Positions 63,760 through 64,000 of a stretch of DNA of 64,000 bases are shown here, piece by piece. Below the pieces are notes generated by a model. That model made no database searches. It was given only the letters and a program-made list of their open reading frames with translations, and was not told the DNA's origin. The position numbers and the translations under genes are program-made. Origin of the DNA: Candidatus Marinacidobacterales bacterium (lineage in GTDB: Bacteria > Acidobacteriota > Vicinamibacteria > Marinacidobacterales > DATDRI01); NCBI GenBank assembly GCA_965219415.1, contig OZ244742.1, positions 288,001-352,000 on the forward strand. Reading direction: 5' to 3'. Every line of letters begins with the position of its first letter. Position 1 is the stretch's first letter.

Positions 63760-64000
63760 ATGAAGATAAAGCCCGGGCGACTCGTCGCCGTCGCCATCGT
63801 GGTGTGCTGGGTGGTGGCGTTTAGCATGCACCTTCTACAGAGCGCCCCCACCGGGAACGCCTCGGCGACTATGCTCGACGCCGCATCACCTGCGGAAGCC
63901 GGAATCACTCAGCGAGGAGTTTTCTATCGGGGGAATCGGATTGGTTTCGTGCGAGAAAAGTTTACTCCCCTGAAGGTAGGTGGGCGAGCCGAGCAGGAGG
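63760..64000 (+). CDS. 5' part of a membrane-anchored protein (possibly transglutaminase-like family), runs off the window
   Basis: Open frame MKIKPGRLVAVAIVVCW...RGVFYRGNRIGF; TGcTATAAT extended -10 at ~63715-63723. Confidence 0.5.
   Translation, partial: MKIKPGRLVAVAIVVCWVVAFSMHLLQSAPTGNASATMLDAASPAEAGITQRGVFYRGNRIGFVREKFTPLKVGGRAEQE

Noticed and set aside
1-64000. Programmed frameshifting or an alternative genetic code explaining the split genes
   Set aside because: Lesions include +1 and -1 shifts, TAA and TGA stops and deletions with no shared slippery motif. TGA, TAA and TAG all end intact genes normally.
1-64000. CRISPR array, tRNA/rRNA, prophage or recognisable defence system
   Set aside because: By eye I found no regularly spaced repeats, cloverleaf or rRNA signatures, or phage, cas, restriction or toxin genes. 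No covariance search was run.

Overview
GC-rich bacterial chromosomal segment. Gene content suggests Acidobacteriota, probably Vicinamibacteria-like (inference, no database search). Housekeeping genes are intact: ilvE, pilT, alaS, thrC, a cystathionine gamma-synthase/lyase, rnc, mnmA, iscS, glpX and tsaC. Many signalling, envelope and transport genes between them carry frameshifts, in-frame stops or internal deletions, often several per gene and across whole operons. There are three IS256-family elements. Two are near-identical 1435-bp copies, one of which splits a CsgG-like gene with a perfect 8-bp target duplication. The third has no target duplication and joins two truncated genes. At least four deletion junctions are visible (~15010, ~16020, ~19945, ~34470). 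Other notable items: remnants of two tandem volactin-like actin-fold genes, a Ser/Thr kinase-J-domain-TPR fusion, an apparent NBD-TMD fused ABC-2 transporter, REP-like palindromes, and RBS-occluding hairpins in both IS types. The overall pattern resembles early genome erosion, but long-read indel error cannot be excluded without the reads. No rRNA, tRNA or CRISPR array was recognised.
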